Origin: Eledone cirrhosa
Lineage: Eukaryota
Length of the DNA: 64,000 nt
Assembly: GCA_964016885.1 (NCBI GenBank)
Contig: OZ024741.1
Location: 250,232,001 to 250,296,000 of the forward strand
Reading direction: 5' to 3'
Notes under the pieces: generated by a model
The model's database searches: none
What the model was told of the DNA's origin: nothing
The model's input: only the letters and a program-made list of their open reading frames with translations
Part shown: positions 1 through 12,400 of the stretch, piece after piece
Layout: each line of letters opens with the position of its first letter
Numbering within the stretch: the stretch's first letter is position 1
Translations under genes and position numbers: made by a program

Positions 1-2999
1 AAAAAATCAGGGGGAGATAATTTGTAAAAAAAAAATCAGGGGGAGATAATTTGTAAAAAAAATCAGGGGGAGATAATTTGTAAAAAAAATCAGGGGTAGA
101 TAATTTGTAAAAAAAATCAGGGGGAGATAATTTGTAAAAAAAATCAGGGGGAGATAATTTGTAAAAAAAACAGGGGTAGATAATTTTCAGCCCTCCAAGG
201 GGAGATAATTTCCATCCTTCCAAGGGGAGATAATTTCCAGCCGTCCAAGGGGAGATAATTTCCCGCCAGCCAAGGAGAGATAACATTTAAAAAAATCAGG
301 CGGAGATAATTTGTAAAAAAAATCAGGGGGGGATAATTTGTAAAAAAATCAGGGGGAGATAATTTGTAAAAAAAATCAGGGGTAGATAATTTCCAGCCGT
401 CCAAGGGGAGATAATTTCCATCCTTCCAAGGGGAGATAATTTCCAGCCGTCCAAGGGGAGATAATTTCCCGCCAGCCAAGGAGAGATAATATTTAAAAAA
501 ATCAGGCGGAGATAATTTGTAAAAAAAATCAGGGGGAGATAATTTGTAAAAAATTCAGGGGGAGATAATTTGTAAAAAAAAATCAGAGGGAGATAATTTG
601 TAAAAAAAATCAGGGGGAGATAATTTGTAAAAAAAAATCAGGGGTAGATAATTTGTAAAAAAAAATCAGGGGGAGATAATTTGTAAAAAAAAATCAGGGG
701 GAGATAATTTGTAAAAAAATCAAGGGGAGATAATTTCCAGCCGTCCAAGGGGAGATAATTTTCAGCCGTCCAAGGAGAGGTAATTTCTAGCCGTCCAAGG
801 GGAGATAATTTCCAGCCGTTCAAGGGGAGATAATTTTTTTAAAAAAATCAGGCGGAGATAATTTGTAAACAAAAATCAGGGGGAGATAATTTGTAAAAAA
901 AAATCAGGGGGAGATAATTTGTAAAAAAAAATCAGGGGGAGATAATTTGTAAAAAAAAATCAGGGGGAGATAATTTGTAAAAAAATCAAGGGGAGACAAT
1001 TTCCAGCCGTCCAAGGTGAGGTAATATCTAGCCATCCAAGGGGAGATAATTTCCAGCCGTCCAAGGGGAGATAATTTCCAGCCGTCCAAGGGGAGATAAT
1101 ATCCAGCCGTCCAAGGAGACATATTTTCCAGCCGTCCAAGGAGACGTAATTTCTAGCCGTCCAAGGGGAGATAAGTTCCAGCCTCCAAGGGGAGATAATT
1201 TCCAGCCAGCCAAGGGGAGATAATTTGTAAAAAAATTAGGGGGAGATAATTTGTAAAAAAAAATTAGGGGGAGATAATTTGTAAAAAAAAATCAGGGGGA
1301 GATAATTTGTAAAAAAAAATCAGGGGGAGATAATTTGTAAAAAAAATCAAGGGGAGATAATTTCCAGCCGTCCAAGGGGAGATAATTTTCAGCCGTCCAA
1401 GGAGAGGTAAATTCTAGCCGTACAAGGAGATATAATTTCCAGCCGTCCAAGGGGAGATAATTTCCAGCCGTCCAAGGGGAGATAATTTTTAAAAAAAAAT
1501 CAGGCGGAGATAATTTGTAAACAAAAATCAGGGGGAGATAATTTTTAAAAAAAAATCAGGGGGAGATAATTTGTAAAAAAAAATCAGGGGGAGATAATTT
1601 GTAAAAAAAATCAAGGGGAGATAATTTCCAGCCGTCCAAGGGGAGGTAATATCTAGCCATCCAAGGGGAGATAATTTCCAGCCGTCCAAGGGCAGATAAT
1701 TTCCAGCCGTCCAAGGGGAGATAATATCCAGCCGTCCAAGGAGACATATTTTCCAGCCGTCCAAGGAGAGGTAATTTCTAGCCGTCCAAGGGGAGATAAG
1801 TTCCAGCCTCCAAGGGGAGATAATTTCCAGCCAGCCAAGTGGAGATAATTTGTAAAAAAATCAGGGGGGAGATAATTTGTAAAAAAAATCAGGGGGAGAT
1901 AATTTGAAAAAAAAATCAAGGGGAGATAATTTCCAGCCCTCCAAGGGGCTATAATTTCCAGCCGTGCAAGGGGAGATAATTTCCAGCCGTCCAAGGGGAG
2001 ATAATTTCCATCCTTCCAAGGGGAGATAATTTCCAGCCGTCCAAGGGGAGATAATTTCCCGCCAGCCAAGGGAAGATAATTTTTTAAAAAATCAGGCGGA
2101 GATTGTAAAAAAAATCAGGGGGAGATAATTTGTAAAAAAATCAGGGGGAGATAATTTGTAAAAAAAAAATCAGGGGGAGATAATTTGTAAAAAAAAATCA
2201 GGGGGAGATAATTTGTAAAATAAATCAGGGGGAGATAATTTGTAAAAAAAATCAGGGGTAGATAATTTGTAAAAAAAATCAGGGGGAGATAATTTGTAAA
2301 AAAAATCAGGGGTAGATAATTTTCAGCCGTCCAAGGGGAGATAATTTCCATCCTTCCAAGGGGAGATAATTTCCAGCCGTCCAAGGGGAGATAATTTCCC
2401 GCCAGCCAAGGAGAGATAACATTAAAAAAAATCAGGCGGAGATAATTTGTAAAAAAATCAGGGGGAGATAATTTGTAAAAAAAATCAGGGGTAGATAATT
2501 TTCAGCCGTCCAAGGGGAGATAATTTCCATCCTTCCAAGGGGAGATAATTTCCAGCCGTCCAAGGGGAGATAATTTCCCGCCAGCCAAGGAGAGATAACA
2601 TTTAAAAAAATCAGGGGGAGATAATTTGTAAAAAAAAATCAGGGGGAGATAATTTGTAAAAAAAAATCAGGGGGAGATAATTTGTAAAAAAAATCAAGGG
2701 GAGATAATTTGTAAAAAAAAATCAGGGGTAGATAATTTGTAAAAAAAAATCAGTGGGAGATAATTTGTAAAAAAAAAATCAGGGGGAGATAATTTGTAAA
2801 AAAATCAAGGGGAGATAATTTCCAGCCGTCCAAGGGGAGATAATTTTCAGCCGTCCAAGGAGAGGTAATTTCTAGCCGTCCAAGGGGAGATAATTTCCAG
2901 CCAGCCAAGGGGAGATAATTTGTAAAAAAATCAGGGGTAGATAATTTGTAAAAAAAAATCAGGGGGAGATAATTTGTAAAAAAAATCAGGGGGAGATAA

Positions 3000-5060
3000 T
3001 TTGTAAAAAAAATCAGGGGTAGATAATTTCCAGCCGTCCAAGGGGAGATAATTTCCATCCTTCCAAGGGGAGATAATTTCCAGCCGTCCAAGGGGAGATA
3101 ATTTCCCGCCAGCCAAGGAGAGATAACATTTAAAAAAATCAGGCGGAGATAATTTGTAAAAAAAATCAGGGGGAGATAATTTGTAAAAAAATCAGGGGGA
3201 GATAATTTGTAAAAAAAAAATCAGGGGGAGATAATTTGTCAAAAAATCAAGGGGAGATAATTTCCAGCCGTCCAAGGGGAGATAATTTTCAGCCGTCCAA
3301 GGAGGTAATTTCTAGCCGTCCAAGGGGAGATAATTTCCAGCCGTCCAAGGGGAGATAATTTTTTTTTAAAAATCAGGCGGAGATAATTTGTAAACAAAAA
3401 TCAGGGGGAGATAATTTGTAAAAAAAAATCAGGGGGAGATAATTTGTAAAAAAAAATCAGGGGGAGATAATTTGTAAAAAAAATCAAGGGGAGATAATTT
3501 CCAGCCGTCCAAGGGGAGGTAATATCTAGCCATCCAAGGGGAGATAATTTCCAGCCGTCCAAGGGTAGATAATTTCCAGCCGTCCAAGGGGAGATAATAT
3601 CCAGCCGTCCAAGGAGACATATTTTCCAGCCGTCCAAGGAGAGGTAATTTCTAGCCGTCCAAGGGGAGATAAGTTCCAGCCTCGAAGGGGAGAAAATTTC
3701 CAGCCAGCCAAGGGGAGATAATTTGTAAAAAAATCAGGGGGAGATAATTTGTAAAAAAAAAATCAGGGGGAGATAATTTCTAAAAAAATCAGGGGGAGAT
3801 AATTTGTAAAAAAAAAATCAGGGGGAGATAATTTGTAAAAAAAATCAGGGGGAGATAATTTGTAGAAAAAATCAGGGGTAGATAATTTGTAAAAAAAATC
3901 AGGGGGAGATAATTTGTAAAAAAAATCAGGGGGAGATAATTTGTAAAAGAAATCAGGGGTAGATAATTTTCAGCCGTCCAAGGGGAGATAATTTCCATCC
4001 TTCCAAGGGGAGATAATTTCCAGCCGTCCAAGGGGAGATAATTTCCCGCCAGCCAAGGAGAGATAACATTTAAAAAAATCAGGCGGAGATAATTTGTAAA
4101 AAAAATCAGGGGGAGATAATTTGTAAAAAAATCAGGGGGAGATAATTTGTAAAAAAAATCAGGGGTAGATAATTTCCAGCCGTCCAAGGGGAGATAATTT
4201 CCATCCTTCCAAGGGGAGATAATTTCCAGCCGTCCAAGGGGAGATAATTTCCCGCCAGCCAAGGAGAGATAATATTTAAAAAAATCAGGCGGAGATAATT
4301 TGTAAAAAAAATCAGGGGGAGATAATTTGTAAAAAAATCAGGGGGAGATAATTTGTAAAAAAAAATCAGGGGTAGATAATTTGTAAAAAAAAATCAGGGG
4401 GAGATAATTTGTAAAAAAAAATCAGGGGGAGATAATTTGTAAAAAAAAAATCAGGGGGAGATAATTTGTAAAAAAATCAAGGGGAGATAATTTCCAGCCG
4501 TCCAAGGGGAGATAATTTTCAGCCGTCCAAGGAGAGGTAATTTCTAGCCGTCCAAGGGGAGATAATTTCCAGCCGTCCAAGGGGAGATAATTTTTTTAAA
4601 AAAATCAGGCGGAGATAATTTGTAAACAAAAATCAGGGGGAGATAATTTGTAAAAAAAAATCAGGGGGAGATAATTTGTAAAAAAAAAATCAGGGGGTGA
4701 TAATTTGTAAAAAAATCAAGGGGAGATAATTTCCAGCCGTCCAAGGGGCGATAATTTTCAGCCGTCCAAGGAGAGGTAATTTCTAGCCGTCCAAGGGGAG
4801 ATAATTTCCAGCCAGCCAAGGGGAGATAATTTGTAAAAAAATCAGGGGTAGATAATTTGTAAAAAAAAATCAGGGGGAGATAATTTGTAAAAAAAATCAG
4901 GGGGAGATAATTTGTAAAAAAAATCAGGGGTAGATAATTTCCAGCCGTCCAAGGGGAGATAATTTCCATCCTTCCAAGGGGAGATAATTTCCAGCCGTCC
5001 AAGGGGAGATAATTTCCCGCCAGCCAAGGAGAGATAATATTTAAAAAAATCAGGCGGAGA
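3000..5060 (+). repeat. Block duplicated at ~35420-37420 (offset ~32.4 kb)
   Basis: Private variants CCTCGAAGGGGAGAAAATT (~3680/36099), AAGGGTAGAT within module Z, and ATAATTTCTAAAA (~3773/36192) occur only in these two copies. ORF pair 3401/35820. Confidence 0.85.
4477..4632 (+). repeat. Module Y, example: TCAAGGGG entry, four B monomers (ccagccgt, tttcagccgt, GGAGAGGTAATTTCTAGCCGT, ccagccgt), exit TnAm-TCAGGCGGAGATAATTTGTAAACAAAAA
   Basis: The same ordered variants recur throughout (e.g. 720-875, 6757-6912, 19794-19949). One sub-variant has a 2-bp deletion (CCAAGGAGGTAAT); another (Y') exits through CCAGCCAG. Confidence 0.9.
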
Positions 5061-5733
5061 TAATTTGTAAAAAAAATCAGGGGGAGATAATTTGTAAAAA
5101 AATCAGGGGGAGATAATTTGTAAAAAAAAATCAGGGGGAGATAATTTGTAAAAAAAATCAGGGGGAGATAATTTGTAAAAAAAAATCAGGGGTAGATAAT
5201 TTGTAAAAAAAAATCAGGGGGAGATAATTTGTAAAAAAAAAATCAGGGGGAGATAATTTGTAAAAAAATCAAGGGGAGATAATTTCCAGCCGTCCAAGGG
5301 GAGATAATTTTCAGCCGTCCAAGGAGAGGTAATTTCTAGCCGTCCAAGGGGAGATAATTTCCAGCCGTCCAAGGGGAGATAATTTTTTTTTAAAAATCAG
5401 GCGGAGATAATTTGTAAACAAAAATCAGGGGGAGATAATTTGTAAAAAAAAATCAGGGGGAGATAATTTGTAAAAAAAAATCAGGGGGAGATAATTTGTA
5501 AAAAAAATCAAGGGGAGATAATTTCCAGCCGTCCAAGGGGAGGTAATATCTAGCCATCCAAGGGGAGATAATTTCCAGCCGTCCAAGGGGAGATAATATC
5601 CAGCCGTCCAAGGAGACATATTTTCCAGCCGTCCAAGGAGAGGTAATTTCTAGCCGTCCAAGGGGAGATAAGTTCCAGCCTCCAAGGGGAGATAATTTCC
5701 AGCCAGCCAAGTGGAGATAATTTGTAAAAAAAT

Positions 5734-6005
5734 CAGGGGGGAGATAATTTGTAAAAAAAATCAGGGGGAGATAATTTGAAAAAAAAATCAGGGGGAGATA
5801 ATTTGTAAAAAATATCAAGGGGAGATAATTTCCAGCCCTCCAAGGGGCTATAATTTCCAGCCGTGCAAGGGGAGATAATTTCCAGCCGTCCAAGGGGAGA
5901 TAATTTCCATCCTTCCAAGGGGAGATAATTTCCAGCCGTCCAAGGGGAGATAATTTCCCGCCAGCCAAGGGAAGATAATTTTTTAAAAAATCAGGCGGAG
6001 ATTGT
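5734..6005 (+). repeat. Module W, example: G6 monomer, TTTGAAAA monomer, AATATCAAG entry, ccagccct/GGGGCTATA-GTGCAAG B monomers, exit GGGAAGAT-T6A6-TCAGGCGGAGATTGT
   Basis: Seven copies marked by CCGTGCAAG at ~1962, 5861, 11939, 27658, 38285, 46192 and 58410, always directly after a Z module. The first copy lacks the AATATC monomer. Confidence 0.85.
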
Positions 6006-7287
6006 AAAAAAAATCAGTGGGAGATAATTTGTAAAAAAATCAGGGGGAGATAATTTGTAAAAAAAAAATCAGGGGGAGATAATTTGTAAAATAAAATCAG
6101 GGGGAGATAATTTGTAAAAAAAATCAGGGGGAGATAATTTGTAAAAAAAATCAGGGGTAGATAATTTGTAAAAAAAATCAGGGGGAGATAATTTGTAAAA
6201 AAAATCAGGGGGAGATAATTTGTAAAAAAAATCAGGGGTAGATAATTTTCAGCCGTCCAAGGGGAGATAATTTCCATCCTTCCAAGGGGAGATAATTTCC
6301 AGCCGTCCAAGGGGAGATAATTTCCCGCCAGCCAAGGAGAGATAACATTTAAAAAAATCAGGCGGAGATAATTTGTAAAAAAATCAGGGGGAGATAATTT
6401 GTAAAAAAAATCAGGGGTAGATAATTTCCAGCCGTCCAAGGGGAGATAATTTCCATCCTTCCAAGGGGAGATAATTTCCAGCCGTCCAAGGGGAGATAAT
6501 TTCCCGCCAGCCAAGGAGAGATAATATTTAAAAAAATCAGGCGGAGATAATTTGTAAAAAAAATCAGGGGGAGATAATTTGTAAAAAAATCAGGGGGAGA
6601 TAATTTGTAAAAAAAAATCAGGGGGAGATAATTTGTAAAAAAAAATCAGGGGGAGATAATTTGTAAAAAAAAATCAGGGGTAGATAATTTGTAAAAAAAA
6701 ATCAGGGGGAGATAATTTGTAAAAAAAAAATCAGGGGGAGATAATTTGTAAAAAAATCAAGGGGAGATAATTTCCAGCCGTCCAAGGGGAGATAATTTTC
6801 AGCCGTCCAAGGAGAGGTAATTTCTAGCCGTCCAAGGGGAGATAATTTCCAGCCGTCCAAGGGGAGATAATTTTTTTAAAAAAATCAGGCGGAGATAATT
6901 TGTAAACAAAAATCAGGGGCTGATAATTTGTAAAAAAAAATCAGGGGGAGATAATTTGTAAAAAAAATCAAGGGGAGATAATTTGTAAAAAAAAATCAGG
7001 GGTAGATAATTTGTAAAAAAAAATCAGGGGGAGATAATTTGTAAAAAAAAAATCAGGGGGAGATAATTTGTAAAAAAATCAAGGGGAGATAATTTCCAGC
7101 CGTCCAAGGGGAGATAATTTTCAGCCGTCCAAGGAGAGGTAATTTCTAGCCGTCCAAGGGGAGATAATTTCCAGCCAGCCAAGGGGAGATAATTTGTAAA
7201 AAAATCAGGGGTAGATAATTTGTAAAAAAAAATCAGGGGGAGATAATTTGTAAAAAAAATCAGGGGGAGATAATTTGTAAAAAAAAT

Positions 7288-7626
7288 CAGGGGTAGATAA
7301 TTTCCAGCCGTCCAAGGGGAGATAATTTCCATCCTTCCAAGGGGAGATAATTTCCAGCCGTCCAAGGGGAGATAATTTCCCGCCAGCCAAGGAGAGATAA
7401 CATTTAAAAAAATCAGGCGGAGATAATTTGTAAAAAAAATCAGGGGGAGATAATTTGTAAAAAAATCAGGGGGAGATAATTTGTAAAAAAAATCAGGGGT
7501 AGATAATTTCCAGCCGTCCAAGGGGAGATAATTTCCATCCTTCCAAGGGGAGATAATTTCCAGCCGTCCAAGGGGAGATAATTTCCCGCCAGCCAAGGAG
7601 AGATAATATTTAAAAAAATCAGGCGG
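7288..7626 (+). repeat. Module X, example tandem pair (206-bp period): GGGGTAG entry, B monomers ccagccgt/ccatcctt/ccagccgt/cccgccag, exit GGAGAGATAA(C/T)ATTTAAAAAAATCAGGCGG
   Basis: Read directly. Equivalent ORF ends differ by 206 (7390/7596, 9618/9824, 20344/20550). The ATAACATTT copy usually precedes the ATAATATTT copy. Confidence 0.9.
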
Positions 7627-8072
7627 AGATAATTTGTAAAAAAAATCATGGGGAGATAATTTGTAAAAAAATCAGGGGGAGATAATTTGTAAAAAAAAAT
7701 CAGGGGAGATAATTTGTAAAAAAAATCAGGGGGAGATAATTTGTAAAAAAAAATCAGGGGTAGATAATTTGTAAAAAAAAATCAGGGGGAGATAATTTGT
7801 AAAAAAAAAATCAGGGGGAGATAATTTGTAAAAAAATCAAGGGGAGATAATTTCCAGCCGTCCAAGGGGAGATAATTTTCAGCCGTCCAAGGAGGTAATT
7901 TCTAGCCGTCCAAGGGGAGATAATTTCCAGCCGTCCAAGGGGAGATAATTTTTTTTAAAAAATCAGGCGGAGATAATTTGTAAACAAAAATCAGGGGGAG
8001 ATAATTTGTAAAAAAAAATCAGGGGGAGATAATTTGTAAAAAAAAATCAGGGGGAGATAATTTGTAAAAAAA

Positions 8073-8300
8073 ATCAAGGGGAGATAATTTCCAGCCGTCC
8101 AAGGGGAGGTAATATCTAGCCATCCAAGGGGAGATAATTCCCAGCCGTCCAAGGGGAGATAATTTCCAGCCGTCCAAGGGGAGATAATATCCAGCCGTCC
8201 AAGGAGACATATTTTCCAGCCGTCCAAGGAGAGGTAATTTCTAGCCGTCCAAGGGGAGATAAGTTCCAGCCTCCAAGGGGAGAAAATTTCCAGCCAGCCA
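8073..8300 (+). repeat. Module Z, example: nine ordered B monomers including GGTAATATCTAGCCAT, GATAATATCC, GGAGACATATTTTCC, GATAAGTTCCAGCCT (24 bp), ending CCAGCCAG
   Basis: More than 20 copies in the same order. It is the source of the recurring MSPWTAGYY... and MDGWKICLL... pseudo-ORFs. Confidence 0.9.
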
Positions 8301-9499
8301 AGGGGAGATAATTTGTAAAAAAATCAGGGGGAGATAATTTGTAAAAAAATCAGGGGGAGATAATTTGTAAAAAAATCAGGGGGAGATAATTTGTAAAAAA
8401 AAAATCAGGGGGAGATAATTTGTAAAAAAAATCAGGGGGAGATAATTTGTAGAAAAAATCAGGGGTAGATAATTTGTAAAAAAAATCAGGGGGAGATAAT
8501 TTGTAAAAAAAATCAGGGGGAGATAATTTGTAAAAAAAATCAGGGGTAGATAATTTTCAGCCGTCCAAGGGGAGATAATTTCCATCCTTCCAAGGGGAGA
8601 TAATTTCCAGCCGTCCAAGGGGAGATAATTTCCCGCCAGCCAAGGAGAGATAACATTTAAAAAAATCAGGCGGAGATAATTTGTAAAAAAAATCAGGGGG
8701 AGATAATTTGTAAAAAAATCAGGGGGAGATAATTTGTAAAAAAAATCAGGGGTAGATAATTTCCAGCCGTCCAAGGGGAGATAATTTCCCGCCAGCCAAG
8801 GAGAGATAATATTTAAAAAAATCAGGCGGAGATAATTTGTAAAAAAAATCAGGGGGAGATAATTTGTAAAAAAATCAGGGGGAGATAATTTGTAAAAAAA
8901 AATCAGGGGGAGATAATTTGTAAAAAAAATCAGGGGGAGATAATTTGTAAAAAAAAATCAGGGGTAGATAATTTGTAAAAAAAAATCAGGGGGAGATAAT
9001 TTGTAAAAAAAAAATCAGGGGGAGATAATTTGTAAAAAAATCAAGGGGAGATAATTTCCAGCCGGCCAAGGGGAGATAATTTTCAGCCGTCCAAGGAGAG
9101 GTAATTTCTAGCCGTCCAAGGGGAGATAATTTCCAGCCGTCCAAGGGGAGATAATTTTTAAAAAAAAATCAGGCGGAGATAATTTGTAAACAAAAATCAG
9201 GGGGAGATAATTTGTAAAAAAAAATCAGGGGGAGATAATTTGTAAAAAAAAAATCAGGGGGTGATAATTTGTAAAAAAATCAAGGGGAGATAATTTCCAG
9301 CCGTCCAAGGGGAGATAATTTTCAGCCGTCCAAGGAGAGGTAATTTCTAGCCGTCCAAGGGGAGATAATTTCCAGCCAGCCAAGGGGAGATAATTTGTAA
9401 AAAAATCAGGGGTAGATAATTTGTAAAAAAAAATCAGGGGGAGATAATTTGTAAAAAAAATCAGGGGGAGATAATTTGTAAAAAAAATCAGGGGGAGAT

Positions 9500-12400
9500 A
9501 ATTTGTAAAAAAAATCAGGGGTAGATAATTTCCAGCCGTCCAAGGGGAGATAATTTCCATCCTTCCAAGGGGAGATAATTTCCAGCCGTCCAAGGGGAGA
9601 TAATTTCCCGCCAGCCAAGGAGAGATAACATTTAAAAAAATCAGGCGGAGATAATTTGTAAAAAAAATCAGGGGGAGATAATTTGTAAAAAAATCAGGGG
9701 GAGATAATTTGTAAAAAAAATCAGGGGTAGATAATTTCCAGCCGTCCAAGGGGAGATAATTTCCATCCTTCCAAGGGGAGATAATTTCCAGCCGTCCAAG
9801 GGGAGATAATTTCCCGCCAGCCAAGGAGAGATAATATTTAAAAAAATCAGGCGGAGATAATTTGTAAAAAAAATCAGGGGGAGATAATTTGTAAAAAGAT
9901 CAGGGGGAGATAATTTGTAAAAAAAAATCAGGGGAGATAATTTGTAAAAAAAATCAGGGGGAGATAATTTGTAAAAAAAAATCAGGGGTAGATAATTTGT
10001 AAAAAAAAATCAGGGGGAGATAATTTGTAAAAAAAAAATCAGGGGGAGATAATTTGTAAAAAAATCAAGGGGAGATAATTTCCAGCCGTCCAAGGGGAGA
10101 TAATTTTCAGCCGTCCAAGGAGGTAATTTCTAGCCGTCCAAGGGGAGATAATTTCCAGCCGTCCAAGGGGAGATAATTTTTTTAAAAAAATCAGGCGGAG
10201 ATAATTTGTAAACAAAAATCAGGGGGAGATAATTTGTAAAAAAAAATCAGGGGGAGATAATTTGTAAAAAAAAATCAGGGGGAGATAATTTGTAAAAAAA
10301 ATCAAGGGGAGATAATTTCCAGCCGTCCAAGTGGAGGTAATATCTAGCCATCCAAGGGGAGATAATTTCCAGCCGTCCAAGGGGAGATAATTTCCAGCCG
10401 TCCAAGGGGAGATAATATCCAGCCGTCCAAGGAGACATATTTTCCAGCCGTCCAAGGAGAGGTAATTTCTAGCCGTCCAAGGGGAGATAAGTTCCAGCCT
10501 CCAAGGGGAGATAATTTCCAGCCAGCCAAGGGGAGATAATTTGTAAAAAAATCAGGGGGAGATAATTTGTAAAAAAAAAATCAGGGGGAGATAATTTGTA
10601 AAAAAATCAGGGGGAGATAATTTGTAAAAAAAAAATCAGGGGGAGATAATTTGTAAAAAAAATCAGGGGGAGATAATTTGTAGAAAAAATCAGGGGTAGA
10701 TAATTTGTAAAAAAAATCAGGGGGAGATAATTTGTAAAAAAAATCAGGGGGAGATAATTTGTAAAAAAAATCAGGGGTAGATAATTTTCAGCCGTCCAAG
10801 GGGAGATAATTTCCATCCTTCCAAGGGGAGATAATTTCCAGCCGTCCAAGGGGAGATAATTTCCCGCCAGACAAGGAGAGATAACATTTAAAAAAATCAG
10901 GCGGAGATAATTTGTAAAAAAAATCAGGGGGAGATAATTTGTAAAAAAATCAGGGGGAGATAATTTGTAAAAAAAATCAGGGGTAGATAATTTCCAGCCG
11001 TCCAAGGGGAGATAATTTCCATCCTTGCAAGGGGAGATAATTTCCAGCCGTCCAAGGGGAGATAATTTCCTGCCAGCCAAGGAGAGATAATATTTAAAAA
11101 AATCAGGCGGAGATAATTTGTAAAAAAAATCAGGGGGAGATAATTTGTAAAAAAATCAGGGGGAGATAATTTGTAAAAAAAAATCACGGGGAGATAATTT
11201 GTAAAAAAAATCAGGGGGAGATAATTTGTAAAAAAAAATCAGGGGTAGATAATTTGTAAAAAAAAATCAGGGGGAGATAATTTGTAAAAAAAAAATCAGG
11301 GGGAGATAATTTGTAAAAAAATCAAGGGGAGATAATTTCCAGCCGTCCAAGGGGAGATAATTTTCAGCCGTCCAAGGAGAGGTAATTTCTAGCCGTCCAA
11401 GGGGAGATAATTTCCAGCCGTCCAAGGGGAGATAATTTTTTTAAAAAAATCAGGTGGAGATAATTTGTAAACAAAAATCAGGGGGAGATAATTTGTAAAA
11501 AAAAATCAGGGGGAGATAATTTGTAAAAAAAAATCAGGGGGAGATAATTTGTAAAAAAAATCAAGGGGAGATAATTTCCAGCCGTCCAAGGGGAGGTAAT
11601 ATCTAGCCATCCAAGGGGAGATAATTTCCAGCCGTCCAAGGGGAGATAATTTCCAGCCGTCCAAGGGGAGATAATATCCAGCCGTCCAAGGAGACATATT
11701 TTCCAGCCGTCCAAGGAGAGGTAATTTCTAGCCGTCCAAGGGGAGATAAGTTCCAGCCTCCAAGGGGAGATAATTTCCAGCCAGCCAAGGGGAGATAATT
11801 TGTAAAAAAATCAGGGGGGAGATAATTTGTAAAAAAAATCAGGGGGAGATAATTTGAAAAAAAAATCAGGGGGAGATAATTTGTAAAAAATATCAAGGGG
11901 AGATAATTTCCAGCCCTCCAAGGGGCTATAATTTCCAGCCGTGCAAGGGGAGATAATTTCCAGCCGTCCAAGGGGAGATAATTTCCATCCTTCCAAGGGG
12001 AGATAATTTCCAGCCGTCCAAGGGGAGATAATTTCCCGCCAGCCAAGGGAAGATAATTTTTTAATAAATCAGGCGGAGATTGTAAAAAAAATCAGGGGGA
12101 GATAATTTGTAAAAAAATCAGGGGGAGATAATTTGTAAAAAAAAAATCAGGGGGAGATAATTTGTAAAAAAAAATCAGGGGGAGATAATTTGCAAAAAAA
12201 AATCAGGGGGAGATAATTTGTAAAAAAAATCAGGGGTAGATAATTTGTAAAAAAAATCAGGGGGAGATAATTTGTAAAAAAAATCAGGGGGAGATAATTT
12301 GTAAAAAAAATCAAGGGGAGATAATTTGCAGCCGTCCAAGGGGAGATAATTTTCAGCCGTCCAAGGAGAGATAATTTCTAGCCGTCCAAGGGGAGATAAT

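Larger units (their letters stand above)
5510..9600 (+). repeat. Block duplicated at ~45850-49910 (offset ~40.33 kb), with related copies at ~37950 and ~58070
   Basis: ORF pairs 5968/46299, 6014/46345, 7024/47354, 7991/48321 and 9225/49558 (offsets 40330-40333). Shared variants: TCAGTGGG, GATAATTCCC, CAGCCGGCC and an 8-monomer Z module. Confidence 0.83.

Noticed and set aside
224-240. NF-kB/Rel site in GGGGAGATAATTTCC
   Set aside because: The spacing between GGG and TTCC exceeds the 10-11 bp GGGRNNYYCC consensus.
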